64,000 nucleotides of DNA from Faecalimonas sp. (GCA_045121495.1 JBGVGF010000030.1:17914-81913); one strand, 5' to 3'. Positions 10,443 to 20,730 are shown, numbered from the stretch's first letter. The notes: generated by a model from the letters alone, not told the origin. A program made the numbers and translations.

Positions 10443-11438
10443 ATGAAAAAATTTGTAAAGTACTTTAATGAGGTTCTGATTACTGTTGGTATACTCGGCT
10501 TTTCTTTGATTATTTGTCTGAATGTACAGAATGCAGTCGGAACACAACACTTAATACCCGCAATTTTTACGGTGTCGGTATTTATTATTACGCTTTTGAC
10601 ACATGGATACTTATATGGAGTCGTGGCGTCATTAGTCAGTGTGTTGGCGGTAAATTACGCATTCACATTTCCTTATTTCAAATTTAATTTTACAATCCGC
10701 GACAACTTTTTTTCGGCAATTATAATGCTGACAGTAACACTCATTACCAGCGCACTGACAACCAAGATTAGGAAACATGAGAAGATGATGGCTGACAGTG
10801 AAAAAGAAAAGATCCGTGCAAATCTGCTTCGTGCGATTTCGCATGATCTTCGTACACCGCTGACGACGATATATGGCTCAAGTTCAACTATCATTGAGAA
10901 CTACGATAAATTGACGAAAGAACAACATATTGAATTGGCAGAAGGAATCCGACAGGATGCGGAGTGGCTGACACATATGGTTGAAAATTTATTGTCAGTT
11001 ACCAGAATTGATGGACAGGGAATGCATCTTGTGAAAACGCCAATTGCTCTGGAGGAATTGATAGACAGTGTATTGGTAAAATTTCAAAAAAGATATCCAG
11101 ACAAGCAGGTGCTGTTAGATCTTCCAGACGAATTTGTACTCATTCAGATGGATCCAGTGCTAATCGAGCAGGTAATTATGAATCTTCTGGAAAATGCTGT
11201 AAAACATGCAAAAGGAATGACAGTTTTATCATTACGAGTTACACTAAAGGATAAGTGTGCTATTTTTGAAGTATCAGATGATGGAATCGGATTTTCTTAT
11301 AAGCATATAGGAATTGGTTTATCAGTTTGTGAATCAATTGTAAAAGCACATGGTGGAAAGTTTTTTATGAAAAACCGTATGGGTGGTGGAGCTACAGTAG
11401 GCTTTTCACTGGATAAGGAGGATGAAGTAGATGAGTAA
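10443..11438 (+). CDS. Short KdpD-like sensor kinase (4-TM, HisKA, HATPase with very short ATP lid)
   Basis: RANLLRAISHDLRTPLT, NLLENAVKH, DDGIG...GIGLSVC. Confidence 0.82.
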   Translation: MKKFVKYFNEVLITVGILGFSLIICLNVQNAVGTQHLIPAIFTVSVFIITLLTHGYLYGVVASLVSVLAVNYAFTFPYFKFNFTIRDNFFSAIIMLTVTLITSALTTKIRKHEKMMADSEKEKIRANLLRAISHDLRTPLTTIYGSSSTIIENYDKLTKEQHIELAEGIRQDAEWLTHMVENLLSVTRIDGQGMHLVKTPIALEELIDSVLVKFQKRYPDKQVLLDLPDEFVLIQMDPVLIEQVIMNLLENAVKHAKGMTVLSLRVTLKDKCAIFEVSDDGIGFSYKHIGIGLSVCESIVKAHGGKFFMKNRMGGGATVGFSLDKEDEVDE

Positions 11439-12150
11439 CAATAAATATAAGATTTTATTGATTGAAGATGAGGGAAATATTCGCAGCCTCATTCGAACAT
11501 TGCTTACAGCAAATAATTATCAAGTGTTTTTGGCTGAAAATGCGATCCAGGGAAAAATGATGTTCAAATCACACTGTCCAGATCTGATTTTGCTTGATTT
11601 GGGACTTCCGGATATGGATGGATTAGACTTATTGAAAGAGATTCGTGAGGAAGCATTAGTACCAATTATTGTGCTTTCGGCTAGATTTGACGAGATGGAT
11701 AAAGTACATGCACTGGATTTGGGAGCCAATGATTATGTGACAAAGCCTTTTGGAACAGCAGAGCTGCAGGCTAGAATCCGTACTGCACTGCGCAACAGCA
11801 ATCCTTTTGCAGGAAGCAGTAATTTCGCACAAGGGAAATTCCAAACGGGTGATTTAGAGATTGATTATGATAATCGTAGAGTATATATAAGTGGGAGAGA
11901 ATTAAAACTGACTCAGACGGAATACAATATTGTATCACTCCTTGCAAAAAAAGCAGGGCGTGTGCTTACATATGCAGAAATCATTATGGCGGTCTGGGGA
12001 AGTGATGACGTAGGAAGTACGAAAAAATTACAAGTAAATATGGCAAATATTCGAAAGAAAATGGGTTCAAAGCCAGGAGCCAACAAATACATTCAGAATG
12101 AATTATGTATTGGCTATAAAATGAACGTTGATATAGAGAATGAATCATAA
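11431..12150 (+). CDS. kdpE: KdpE-like response regulator
   Basis: LDLGLPDMDG, ALDLGANDYVTKPF, LQVNMANIRKK. Confidence 0.8.
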   Translation: MSNNKYKILLIEDEGNIRSLIRTLLTANNYQVFLAENAIQGKMMFKSHCPDLILLDLGLPDMDGLDLLKEIREEALVPIIVLSARFDEMDKVHALDLGANDYVTKPFGTAELQARIRTALRNSNPFAGSSNFAQGKFQTGDLEIDYDNRRVYISGRELKLTQTEYNIVSLLAKKAGRVLTYAEIIMAVWGSDDVGSTKKLQVNMANIRKKMGSKPGANKYIQNELCIGYKMNVDIENES

Positions 12151-12206
12151 AAGCCAATCATAAGAAAGAGTGGGATGGAATTCACGCGAATCCGTCTGTT
12201 AAACGA

Positions 12207-12236
12207 TTGACGAAAATGTCTGTTGCGTGTTAGAAT
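12207..12236 (+). promoter_or_regulatory. Putative sigma-A promoter upstream of Na/Pi cotransporter
   Basis: TTGACG-18 nt-TAGAAT with extended TG. Confidence 0.6.
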
Positions 12237-12243
12237 AACTTGG

Positions 12244-12290
12244 ACCCACTTTTAAGGGAAACTGTAAGTGACCTTAGAAGTGGGTTTTTT
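12244..12290 (+). terminator. Leader terminator hairpin upstream of Na/Pi cotransporter
   Basis: ACCCACTTTTAAGG / CCTTAGAAGTGGGT 14-bp stem, 14-nt loop, T6. Confidence 0.75.
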
Positions 12291-12327
12291 CGCAACTAAA
12301 AAACGAAACAGACATAGGAGAAAAATT

Positions 12328-13968
12328 ATGGAATTTACAGACATTATGGGGATGCTTGGTGGTCTTGCATTATTCTTATATGGAATGCAGATGATGAGCA
12401 CAGGGCTGGAAGTTGCAGCCGGCAACAAAATGAAGCAGATTCTGGAAAAACTGACAACGAACCGATTTTTAGGAATTGGAGTTGGTGCCCTTATTACAGC
12501 GTTGATTCAGTCATCTTCAGCGACCACGGTAATGGTGGTAGGCTTTGTTAATTCGGGTATGATGACATTAAGACAAGCTGTATGGATCATCATGGGTGCC
12601 AATATTGGTACGACAATTACAGGACAGTTGATCGCATTGAATGTAGGCGTGATCGCACCATTGGTTGCTTTTGCCGGGGTTGCATTGATCGTATTTTGTA
12701 AGAATCAAAAGCTTCGTTATGTAGGAAACATTTTTGCGGGGATCGGTATCTTATTTATCGGTATGAATATGATGAGTTCCTCTATGAAACCATTGCAGAA
12801 TGAGCCGGCCTTTATTAATTTATTGAGCCAGTTCGATAATCCACTTTTAGGAATTGGAGTTGGTGCTATTTTTACAGCAGTAATTCAATCTTCAGCAGCT
12901 TCTATTGGTATTTTACAGACACTTGCAAACAACGGAGTAATCGCTTTATCAGGAGCAGCATATGTATTGTTTGGTCAGAACATTGGTACATGTATCACAG
13001 CGTTTCTGGCTTCCATTGGTACAAATCGTAATGCAAAGAGAACTATGTTGATTCATGTGTTGTTTAATGTGCTCGGCACAGCATTCTTTACCATTTTATG
13101 TATGTATACACCACTATTGACCGCTATGCAAAATTCAAATCCTGGAAATCCTGCGGGGCAGATTGCCAACTTACATACAGTATTTAATATTGCAACGACA
13201 GTGCTTTTGATTCCGTTTGGCACATTCCTTGCTATGGCGGTTGAAAAGATTCTTCCAGACAGAGGAGAGACAGATACTGGATTGAAACTTATGTACATTC
13301 GCAAACAGGAAAACATCCAGAGTGACAAACTTGGGGTTTCTGCGATGAGTATGACTGCAACAAAAATGGAAATCGCTCGTATGTTAGAGATGACAAGAAG
13401 CAACGTATCTGCATGTTTCGAGGCTTTTATGAACCGTAGAACGGATTTGGTGCCACAGGTAGATGAGACAGAGGAATATATTGATTTCTTGAATAAGGAG
13501 ATTTCAAAATATATTTCCAAAATGGTTACGCATGAAAGAACGGTAAATGGTAGTAGAATTTTCAACTCCTATTTTAAGATCACAAGTAATATTGAACGTA
13601 TTGGAGATCATGCTGTCAATGTAGCAGGTTACACTTATATGCTTCGCGAAAAGAATATCAAGTTATCAGATGAAAGTGTAAGTGAAGTGGTTCAGATTCA
13701 GAGTGTATGTGATCAATTATTGGGATGCTTGCTTCATGAAGAGACTGATGTATTGGAAAAGCATGAAAAGGTTGCGGCATTAGAACAAAAAATTGATGAT
13801 ATGACAGAAGAATTCAGAAATGGTATGTTGAATCGTATTCAGCAAGGAATCTGTTCTGACGAAAGCAGCATTTTGTTCTCAGAGATGCTTACCGATTTTG
13901 AGCGTATTGGAGACCATGCGCTGAATATTGCAAAAGAGATGACACAGATTAGTATATTAGAAGAATAA
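12328..13968 (+). CDS. Na/Pi cotransporter family protein with C-terminal PhoU-like domains
   Basis: QSSSATT, GANIGTT, GQNIGT, ERIGDH twice; AGGAG RBS before ATG 12328. Confidence 0.92.
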   Translation: MEFTDIMGMLGGLALFLYGMQMMSTGLEVAAGNKMKQILEKLTTNRFLGIGVGALITALIQSSSATTVMVVGFVNSGMMTLRQAVWIIMGANIGTTITGQLIALNVGVIAPLVAFAGVALIVFCKNQKLRYVGNIFAGIGILFIGMNMMSSSMKPLQNEPAFINLLSQFDNPLLGIGVGAIFTAVIQSSAASIGILQTLANNGVIALSGAAYVLFGQNIGTCITAFLASIGTNRNAKRTMLIHVLFNVLGTAFFTILCMYTPLLTAMQNSNPGNPAGQIANLHTVFNIATTVLLIPFGTFLAMAVEKILPDRGETDTGLKLMYIRKQENIQSDKLGVSAMSMTATKMEIARMLEMTRSNVSACFEAFMNRRTDLVPQVDETEEYIDFLNKEISKYISKMVTHERTVNGSRIFNSYFKITSNIERIGDHAVNVAGYTYMLREKNIKLSDESVSEVVQIQSVCDQLLGCLLHEETDVLEKHEKVAALEQKIDDMTEEFRNGMLNRIQQGICSDESSILFSEMLTDFERIGDHALNIAKEMTQISILEE

Positions 13969-13971
13969 TAG

Positions 13972-14008
13972 AAAGGAAGTTCCGAAATGATATGGAACTT
14001 CCTTTTTT
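13972..14008 (+). terminator. Intrinsic terminator
   Basis: AAAGGAAGTTCC / GGAACTTCCTTT plus T run. Confidence 0.85.
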
Positions 14009-14074
14009 ACTTGTATAAACCCTGCAATTTTCATATAATTATAGGATGAGTTTTGAATAAAAGGGGATTAAAGT

Positions 14075-16105
14075 ATGAGCAGAGGGACAGAGCATCTGGA
14101 ACTTGTTACGAAAAAATTGAATACGAGAATGAAAGAACTGGGCGCTGCGATTCAGGAAGTTCAGAAAGACATTGAAGGAATGAATGATTATTACTGGGAC
14201 AACTATACTGAGATGGACCAGTATGGATACGAAGATTTTGATAATCGAAGAGCACTACTTACTCAGATTAATGCAAATGAGCAGAATATGGAGATGTATC
14301 AGCGAATGAAGAAGATGAAAGATTCTCCATTCTTTGGTAGTGTAGAGTTTTTGTATGACGGAGATGATGAGGGAGAATGTTTTTATATAGGAATCGGTAA
14401 CTTCGCAGAGAAGACAGGCAGTATTCCGTTGGTATATGACTGGAGAGCACCGGTTAGTGGGCTGTTTTATGACTATGATAAAGGACCGGCTTCTTATGAA
14501 GCTCCAGGCGGACTCATGGAAGGTGAAATTCTGTCAAAATGGCAATACAAGATTCGCAGAGGCAAAATGATCTATGAGTTCGAGAGCGATGTGAAGATTG
14601 ACGATGATATTTTAAAGCATGAGCTTGGCATGAAGGGCGACGTACAGTTGAAGAATATTGTCAGTACGATTCAGAAGGAGCAAAATGCAATTATCCGAAA
14701 TACAAAGGATCGAATCCTTGTGATTCAAGGAGCGGCCGGGAGTGGGAAGACTTCGGTGGCACTTCATAGAATTGCCTATCTTCTCTATCATGACAGAGAA
14801 CGATTGAAATCATCAAATGTGCTAATTTTGTCTCCGAACAGTGTGTTTTCAGATTATATATCGCATATCCTGCCGGAACTTGGAGAAGAACATATCCGTG
14901 AGATGAGTTTTGATTTGTTTGCATATAAGGAATTGAAAGATCTGGTTGCAGACTGTGAGGATCGCTACCATTATATAGAAAATCAGATTCGCTTTTGTGA
15001 TGAAGCGGCAAAGGAACGTTATCGTTGGAAACAGTCTATGGATTATATTGGAGCAGTAGAGAGCTTTCTGGTACTTTTAGAAGATGAACTGATGGATTTT
15101 CGGGATTTTGAGTACCGTGGAATGAAAAAGTCGGCAAATGAGATTTTGGAACTGTTTTATTTTAAGTTTTCGGAACTGCCTTTATTGTCACGTATGGAAG
15201 CGGTTATGGAATATGTGGTGGATGAATATGAAACTTTGTATAATCGCACAATTTCGGAAGAGGAATCTGTAATTATCCGCGAGAAGTTTATGGGAATGTA
15301 TGATACTATGGATGTTTACGAAATTTATAACAGGATTCTGGAAGAGAATGGATGGGAAGTTTTGCCGGATGTGCCTAGAGAACAGAGAGTGTTGGCGTAT
15401 GAAGATGTGTATCCAATGCTTTATCTGAAATATCGATTGTGTATGGTGAAAAGGCATAAGGACATCCGCCATTTGGTAATCGATGAGATGCAGGATTATT
15501 CTTATTTGCAGTATGTGATTTTGCAAAATCTGTTTTCGTGTAGTATGACAATATTAGGCGATCGTGCGCAGACGATCGATGACGTACCTCAGGATGTACT
15601 TACATTTTTGCCAAAACTTTTTGGAAAGAATGTAAGAAAGATTGAGATGAACAAAAGTTACCGAAACACGATTGAAATTGCAGAATATGCAGCAGCAATT
15701 ACCAATATAGAAGGAATCAAATATTTGGAACGTCATGGAAAGCCGGTAGAGGAAAGAGAGGTCCTTTCGAAACAGGATGCACTTATGCAGGTTCTTTCGG
15801 ATGTGAATCTTGGTGAGGATGCTTATGAGACGGCAGCGGTTCTTACAATGACTGAAAAAGAAGCAGAAGCCGCCTATAGCTTTCTGAGACAAAAGAGAGA
15901 GGATGTTTCCTATATTGACCGTGACAGTTCAGAGTTTCATAAAGGGATGACTGTGACGACATATTATCTTGCAAAAGGACTGGAGTTTGACCAGGTATTC
16001 ATACTTGGAGGCGACCAGGGGAATTCATTTTATGACCAATATAAGTATATTGCAGCAACGAGAGCGCTGCATGAACTTTATGTATATAATATAGAAAAAA
16101 AATAA
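14075..16105 (+). CDS. helD: HelD/UvrD-like SF1 ATPase (RNA polymerase recycling factor-like)
   Basis: YIG, DWRAPV, IQKEQN, GAAGSGKTSVALHRIAYL, DEMQD, AKGLEFD, ATRALH; TTGTAT-17-TATAAT promoter at 14011-14039. Confidence 0.82.
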   Translation: MSRGTEHLELVTKKLNTRMKELGAAIQEVQKDIEGMNDYYWDNYTEMDQYGYEDFDNRRALLTQINANEQNMEMYQRMKKMKDSPFFGSVEFLYDGDDEGECFYIGIGNFAEKTGSIPLVYDWRAPVSGLFYDYDKGPASYEAPGGLMEGEILSKWQYKIRRGKMIYEFESDVKIDDDILKHELGMKGDVQLKNIVSTIQKEQNAIIRNTKDRILVIQGAAGSGKTSVALHRIAYLLYHDRERLKSSNVLILSPNSVFSDYISHILPELGEEHIREMSFDLFAYKELKDLVADCEDRYHYIENQIRFCDEAAKERYRWKQSMDYIGAVESFLVLLEDELMDFRDFEYRGMKKSANEILELFYFKFSELPLLSRMEAVMEYVVDEYETLYNRTISEEESVIIREKFMGMYDTMDVYEIYNRILEENGWEVLPDVPREQRVLAYEDVYPMLYLKYRLCMVKRHKDIRHLVIDEMQDYSYLQYVILQNLFSCSMTILGDRAQTIDDVPQDVLTFLPKLFGKNVRKIEMNKSYRNTIEIAEYAAAITNIEGIKYLERHGKPVEEREVLSKQDALMQVLSDVNLGEDAYETAAVLTMTEKEAEAAYSFLRQKREDVSYIDRDSSEFHKGMTVTTYYLAKGLEFDQVFILGGDQGNSFYDQYKYIAATRALHELYVYNIEKK

Positions 16106-16118
16106 TCAGGAGGCAGAG

Positions 16119-17264
16119 ATGAAGCTATTGCATACATCGGACTGGCATCTTGGAATTAGTTTCCGGGGTGTGAATGTTCAGGAGGATCAGAGGTATTTTT
16201 TACAACAGATATATCAGATGATAGCAGAGAAAGAGGTTGATGCAGTTTTGATTGCGGGAGACGTGTTTGACCGCAGCATAGCGTCTGCGGAAACAATGGC
16301 TTTGTATGATAGCGCAATGACTCACATATGCGCAGAGCTAAAAGTTCCTGTTTTCATGGTGGCAGGAAATCATGACGGAGCAGAGCGTCTGGCCTCCTGC
16401 AATCGATTGTTGGAAGAGTCTGGACTCTATATTTCGGGCTCTTTGACAAGAAAACTGGAACCGGTTGTAATTGGCGATACAGAAATCTATCTGCTGCCAT
16501 GGTTTACACTGGAAAAGGTAAGAGCAGTTTTTCCGGAATATGCAGAGGAAATTCACAATCTGGAAGAGGGATATGATCTGGTGTGTTCGCTGATGCGTAA
16601 TAAGTTTCAGGAAGGAAAGAAACATATATTGGTTTCTCATTCATTTATTATTTATGCAGAAACTTCAGTGAGTGATCGTGCTGCAGAAGTGGGGCGTGCG
16701 GCGGCAATCGGTACAAGCCCATTTCGGGGGTTTGATTATGTGGCACTTGGACATCTCCATGGGGCACAGGATATTGGTGAAAATATCCGATATTCAGGTA
16801 CACCAATGCCATATTCCTTTGGAAAAGAAGAAAATCAGATCAAAAGTGTGACCATTCTGGATTTGGATACTATGGAACGAAGTGTGGCAGAGCTGGAACC
16901 ACTGCATCTAAGAAAGACATTGACGGGAAGATACGATGAATTATTGCAGGCGGATCTGATCACAGAAAGAGAACGTCAGGGATATGTCAGAATTGAACTG
17001 GAAGATGTACATGTGGGAATAGAAGTTATTTCAGCACTTAGAGAAGTCTACCCAAATCTGTTAGAAGTAAGTGGGAAAAGCTTTGAGCAGGAAGGTGCCA
17101 AAATCACCATGACGATAGAAGAACTTGAGACAAAAGAGCAAGATCCGATGAATGTAATTCGACGTTATTTTCAGGATGTAGTAAGTGTAGAGCCAGATGC
17201 CCATGTCATAGAAATGTTTGGAAGGGCGCTGAAAGATTATGAGAGGGAGGCAGAAGAACGATGA
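16119..17264 (+). CDS. sbcD: Exonuclease SbcCD subunit D
   Basis: HTSDWHLG, AGDVFD, GNHD, ALGHLH, YSGTPMPYSF. Confidence 0.93.
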   Translation: MKLLHTSDWHLGISFRGVNVQEDQRYFLQQIYQMIAEKEVDAVLIAGDVFDRSIASAETMALYDSAMTHICAELKVPVFMVAGNHDGAERLASCNRLLEESGLYISGSLTRKLEPVVIGDTEIYLLPWFTLEKVRAVFPEYAEEIHNLEEGYDLVCSLMRNKFQEGKKHILVSHSFIIYAETSVSDRAAEVGRAAAIGTSPFRGFDYVALGHLHGAQDIGENIRYSGTPMPYSFGKEENQIKSVTILDLDTMERSVAELEPLHLRKTLTGRYDELLQADLITERERQGYVRIELEDVHVGIEVISALREVYPNLLEVSGKSFEQEGAKITMTIEELETKEQDPMNVIRRYFQDVVSVEPDAHVIEMFGRALKDYEREAEER

Positions 17265-19915
17265 GACCACTTATAATCAAGTTTCAGGCATTTGGTCCAT
17301 ATAAAAATGAAGAAATTATTGATTTCGAGAAGATTTCAAAGCAGGGTATTTTTTTGATCTGTGGAGAGACGGGGAGTGGAAAGACTACCATTTTAGATGC
17401 AATGACGTTTGCCCTGTTTGGAAAGAGCAGCGGCGGCATGCGAGACCAGCTTGAAGCGATGAGATGCAAGCAAAGCGAATGGGGAACAGATACTTACGTT
17501 TCATTCGATTTTGAACTGATGCAGAAGACATATCGCTTTGAACGAAGGCTGGAGTGCAAAAAGGTGAAGCTTTCCTCATCTCAGAATGTGTATTTGAAAA
17601 ATGAAGAGGGCATATTTGAACCGATTTTTGAAAACTGTAAAGAGAAAGACATCAATGCGAAGGCAAAAGAACTTTTAGGATTGGATTATGAGCAGTTCAG
17701 ACAGGTAATCATCCTGCCCCAGGGGCAGTTTGAGAAGCTTTTAACGTCAAATTCAGATGAAAAAGAAAAGATTTTAGTTTCGATTTTTGGCGTGAATAAA
17801 TGGCAGAAGATTGCAAATTATTTTTATGAATATGCCGCTGAAAATCGAAGTCGGCTGGTGAAGATAAAAGAACAGGTAGAAGTCCGTCTGGAGGAAGAAG
17901 GGTGCAAATCTCTGGAAGAATTTGAAAATCAGATTGCAGAGCTTCAATTACGGAAGCAAAAGATGCAGGAACAGTTTCTGAAAGCCGAGTATGATACCAG
18001 AAAAAAGCAGCTTGAAGAGCAGCGTGAGATTGGAAAGCAGTTTGCGGCAATGCATGCGTTGGAAAACCGCCTTCAGGAATTAGAAAAAAAGAGAGAGCAG
18101 TTTGAGATTCAAAAACAAAGATTACAGCAGGCAGAGCGGGCAGAAATGGTAAGACCTGTTTTGAGAGCATTTGAGGAAGTGAAAGAAGAATATGCGCAAA
18201 AGAACAAGAGGCAGGCACTTCTGGAAAAAGAGATTGCACGTGTAAAGGATGAGGCAGAACTGGCCAAAAGAAAGCTGAATACGCATTTGGAGCAAAAGGC
18301 GCAAGTGGAACAGATGAAGGAAGAGATAATCCGGCTAGAGGAAAAGCGTCCTTTTTATCAGGGGATGAGTGAAAAGCAGGCGAGTCTCGAACGAGAAATG
18401 GAAGTTTTTCAAAAACAGGATCGAATGAAAGAAAAGAAAAATTTCTTATATAAAAAAGCAGATGAGAGTCTTAAGCAGGCGACAGAAAAATATCAGATGG
18501 CTTACGAAGTTTATACCATTTATTCCCAGAGGTATATTTCAGGGATTACAGGAACGCTGGCGGCAGGGCTGAAAGACGGGGATGCCTGTCCGGTATGTGG
18601 AAGCACTTCCCATCCGTCGAAGGCAAAGGAACCGGAAGTATATGTGTCAGAAGCTGAAGTGAAGCAGAAAGAGCAGGAGATGAGTGTCTGCTTTCAGAAT
18701 CTTTCCGAAAGGCAAAAAGAAAGAGAAGCTGCACTGAAAGAAAAAGAGATGCAGGAAACAATTTGCGCAGATCAGGAAAAACGATTTGTTTTTGCAAGGG
18801 CAGAGGTTGAAAATGCCAGAGCCAATCTGGTAGATGGGATTTCGTGTCTGCAAGAGCTTCATACAATATTAACCAAGTATCAAAAAGAATTAGAATCATA
18901 TCAAAAAACAGTGGAATACTTGGAAATGGTATCGACAAAAAAGAGGGAGCAGTTTGCAGAACTTCAGACAAAATGGAATTTGGGGCTTGCAGAATTAGAG
19001 AGTCTTGTACAGAAGATGAAATATCAAAAAGAATTGTTTGAACAAACAATGAAAGAAGCAGAATTTGCATCTCCAGAAGAGGTGAAAAATGCGGTCTTAC
19101 CTGTGAAAGATATGCAGAGAATACGTGATATTTATGCAAAATATCAAGCTGAAATAAAACATATTTGTGACGAATTGCAGAAAGAGCGAAAGATGCTTCA
19201 GGGAGTAGATGAACCGGAACTACGCAGAATAGAGGAGGCGCAAAAGGCGTTGGAAGAAGAGAAGGAAGAATATTTTTCCAACCTTGCAAGACTGGATCTG
19301 GCGATGAAACAGAAGTCAGAAAAGAGAGAACAGCTTGAAAAATTGGCGCAGCAGTATGCAGCTTCATGGAAACAGGCAGAGGCTGATTTTGCTCTTGCAA
19401 AAAATCTGCGAGGTGACACAGGAATCGGACTTCAACGATATGTACTGGGTGTCATGTTTTCTTCTGTTATTGTAGCAGCAAACAAAATGCTGGAAAAGGT
19501 GCATGGCGGAAGGTATCGTTTGTTCCGTTCAGATGAAAAGGGACATGGCTCCAACAAAAAAGGGCTGGAACTGAAAGTATTTGACAGTTACAGCCGTGAC
19601 GGAGATGAAGGAAGAAGTGTGAAGACACTTTCCGGTGGCGAGAAATTCCTTGTTTCACTTGCGCTTTCGATTGGAATGTCAACGGTAGCCCAAAGAAGTG
19701 GAACGCATCTGGATGCGATGTTTGTAGATGAAGGATTTGGTTCTCTTGATCAGAATTCGATTGAAGATGCGCTGGAAGTACTTGCAAGCATTCAAAGGGC
19801 AAATGGAATGGTTGGAATTATTTCACATGTACAGGTGTTGCAGGATAATATTCCTGCAAAATTAGAGATCAAAAAGGGCAAAGATGGAAGCCGAATTGTT
19901 ATGAATATTGGATAA
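17261..19915 (+). CDS. sbcC: SMC-like ATPase SbcC
   Basis: GETGSGKT, coiled coils, CPVC zinc hook, LSGGE, DEGFGSLD. Confidence 0.93.
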   Translation: MRPLIIKFQAFGPYKNEEIIDFEKISKQGIFLICGETGSGKTTILDAMTFALFGKSSGGMRDQLEAMRCKQSEWGTDTYVSFDFELMQKTYRFERRLECKKVKLSSSQNVYLKNEEGIFEPIFENCKEKDINAKAKELLGLDYEQFRQVIILPQGQFEKLLTSNSDEKEKILVSIFGVNKWQKIANYFYEYAAENRSRLVKIKEQVEVRLEEEGCKSLEEFENQIAELQLRKQKMQEQFLKAEYDTRKKQLEEQREIGKQFAAMHALENRLQELEKKREQFEIQKQRLQQAERAEMVRPVLRAFEEVKEEYAQKNKRQALLEKEIARVKDEAELAKRKLNTHLEQKAQVEQMKEEIIRLEEKRPFYQGMSEKQASLEREMEVFQKQDRMKEKKNFLYKKADESLKQATEKYQMAYEVYTIYSQRYISGITGTLAAGLKDGDACPVCGSTSHPSKAKEPEVYVSEAEVKQKEQEMSVCFQNLSERQKEREAALKEKEMQETICADQEKRFVFARAEVENARANLVDGISCLQELHTILTKYQKELESYQKTVEYLEMVSTKKREQFAELQTKWNLGLAELESLVQKMKYQKELFEQTMKEAEFASPEEVKNAVLPVKDMQRIRDIYAKYQAEIKHICDELQKERKMLQGVDEPELRRIEEAQKALEEEKEEYFSNLARLDLAMKQKSEKREQLEKLAQQYAASWKQAEADFALAKNLRGDTGIGLQRYVLGVMFSSVIVAANKMLEKVHGGRYRLFRSDEKGHGSNKKGLELKVFDSYSRDGDEGRSVKTLSGGEKFLVSLALSIGMSTVAQRSGTHLDAMFVDEGFGSLDQNSIEDALEVLASIQRANGMVGIISHVQVLQDNIPAKLEIKKGKDGSRIVMNIG

Positions 19916-20063
19916 AATTAGAAAATCTAGTAATAATTTATAACACAAGTCCTTATTGTACTTGCGTCCATTTTTCGTGTGCAGGTTGAAGATATCTTAG
20001 TTTTAGAAACGAATGAATTTTCACGGTTGGCAGATAAATAGAGAATCATCCAGTTATATAAAT

Positions 20064-20102
20064 AAAAAAGCCGAAACGGTTCAATCTGTTTCGGCTTCTT
20101 TG
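20064..20102. terminator. Bidirectional terminator
   Basis: AAGCCGAAAC / GTTTCGGCTT between convergent genes. Confidence 0.75.
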
Positions 20103-20112
20103 CTGTATAAAA

Positions 20113-20604
20113 CTAAAATCTGATCTGTGTCACGTCGATGTCAAGATTCCAAAGGAATTTATCTAAATCTTTGAATGATAAAAATACTGTCGCTGTATTG
20201 TCACAAGGATGGATTCCGAGGCTCTTGCATTTTGATAAGCTGCGGTCAATAAAGAATTCAACTGCATGATCTTCGTCATTCATAAGACCAAATGGAGTGA
20301 CGCTTCCTTGTTTTAATTTTAAGTATTTTTCCAAACGTTCTTCGGAAGCAAAACTAAGACTGCTTGTACCCAGTTGACGTGCTAAAGATTTTAAATCTAC
20401 TTTTGATTTTTCATCGGCTGTTACGAGGAAGTGGCGTTTCCCTTTGGCATCACGAAGGAATAAGTTTTTGCAAAGTGTTCCTTTCGCAGGAAGTCCAAGG
20501 CGGTCCATATCTTCCATTGTGTGTACTGGTTCATGTTCTACTACTTCATATTTAATATTCATTTTGTTTAAAGCATCATATACAAGGTGTTTTTGGTTTT
20601 CCAT
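20113..20604 (-). CDS. proX: Prolyl-tRNA editing protein (YbaK/ProX family)
   Basis: CKNLFLRD, SFASEERL, GSVTPFGL, HPCDNTAT; GGAGG RBS before 20604. Confidence 0.85.
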   Translation of the reverse strand: MENQKHLVYDALNKMNIKYEVVEHEPVHTMEDMDRLGLPAKGTLCKNLFLRDAKGKRHFLVTADEKSKVDLKSLARQLGTSSLSFASEERLEKYLKLKQGSVTPFGLMNDEDHAVEFFIDRSLSKCKSLGIHPCDNTATVFLSFKDLDKFLWNLDIDVTQIRF

Positions 20605-20730
20605 GCTATTTACCTCCGTTCGTATCATAGTTTACATTATAAGAAATGAAAACCAGATTGTAAAGAAAGAGATGTATTTTATTTTTGCGATATATTATAA
20701 TAAAAACACGAAAAAAAGGAGGATGAACAA

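Noticed and set aside
12170-12230. Fluoride riboswitch (GATGGAATTC resembles its 5' motif)
   Set aside because: The 3' pseudoknot partner and the GCTGATGAC-type segment are missing.
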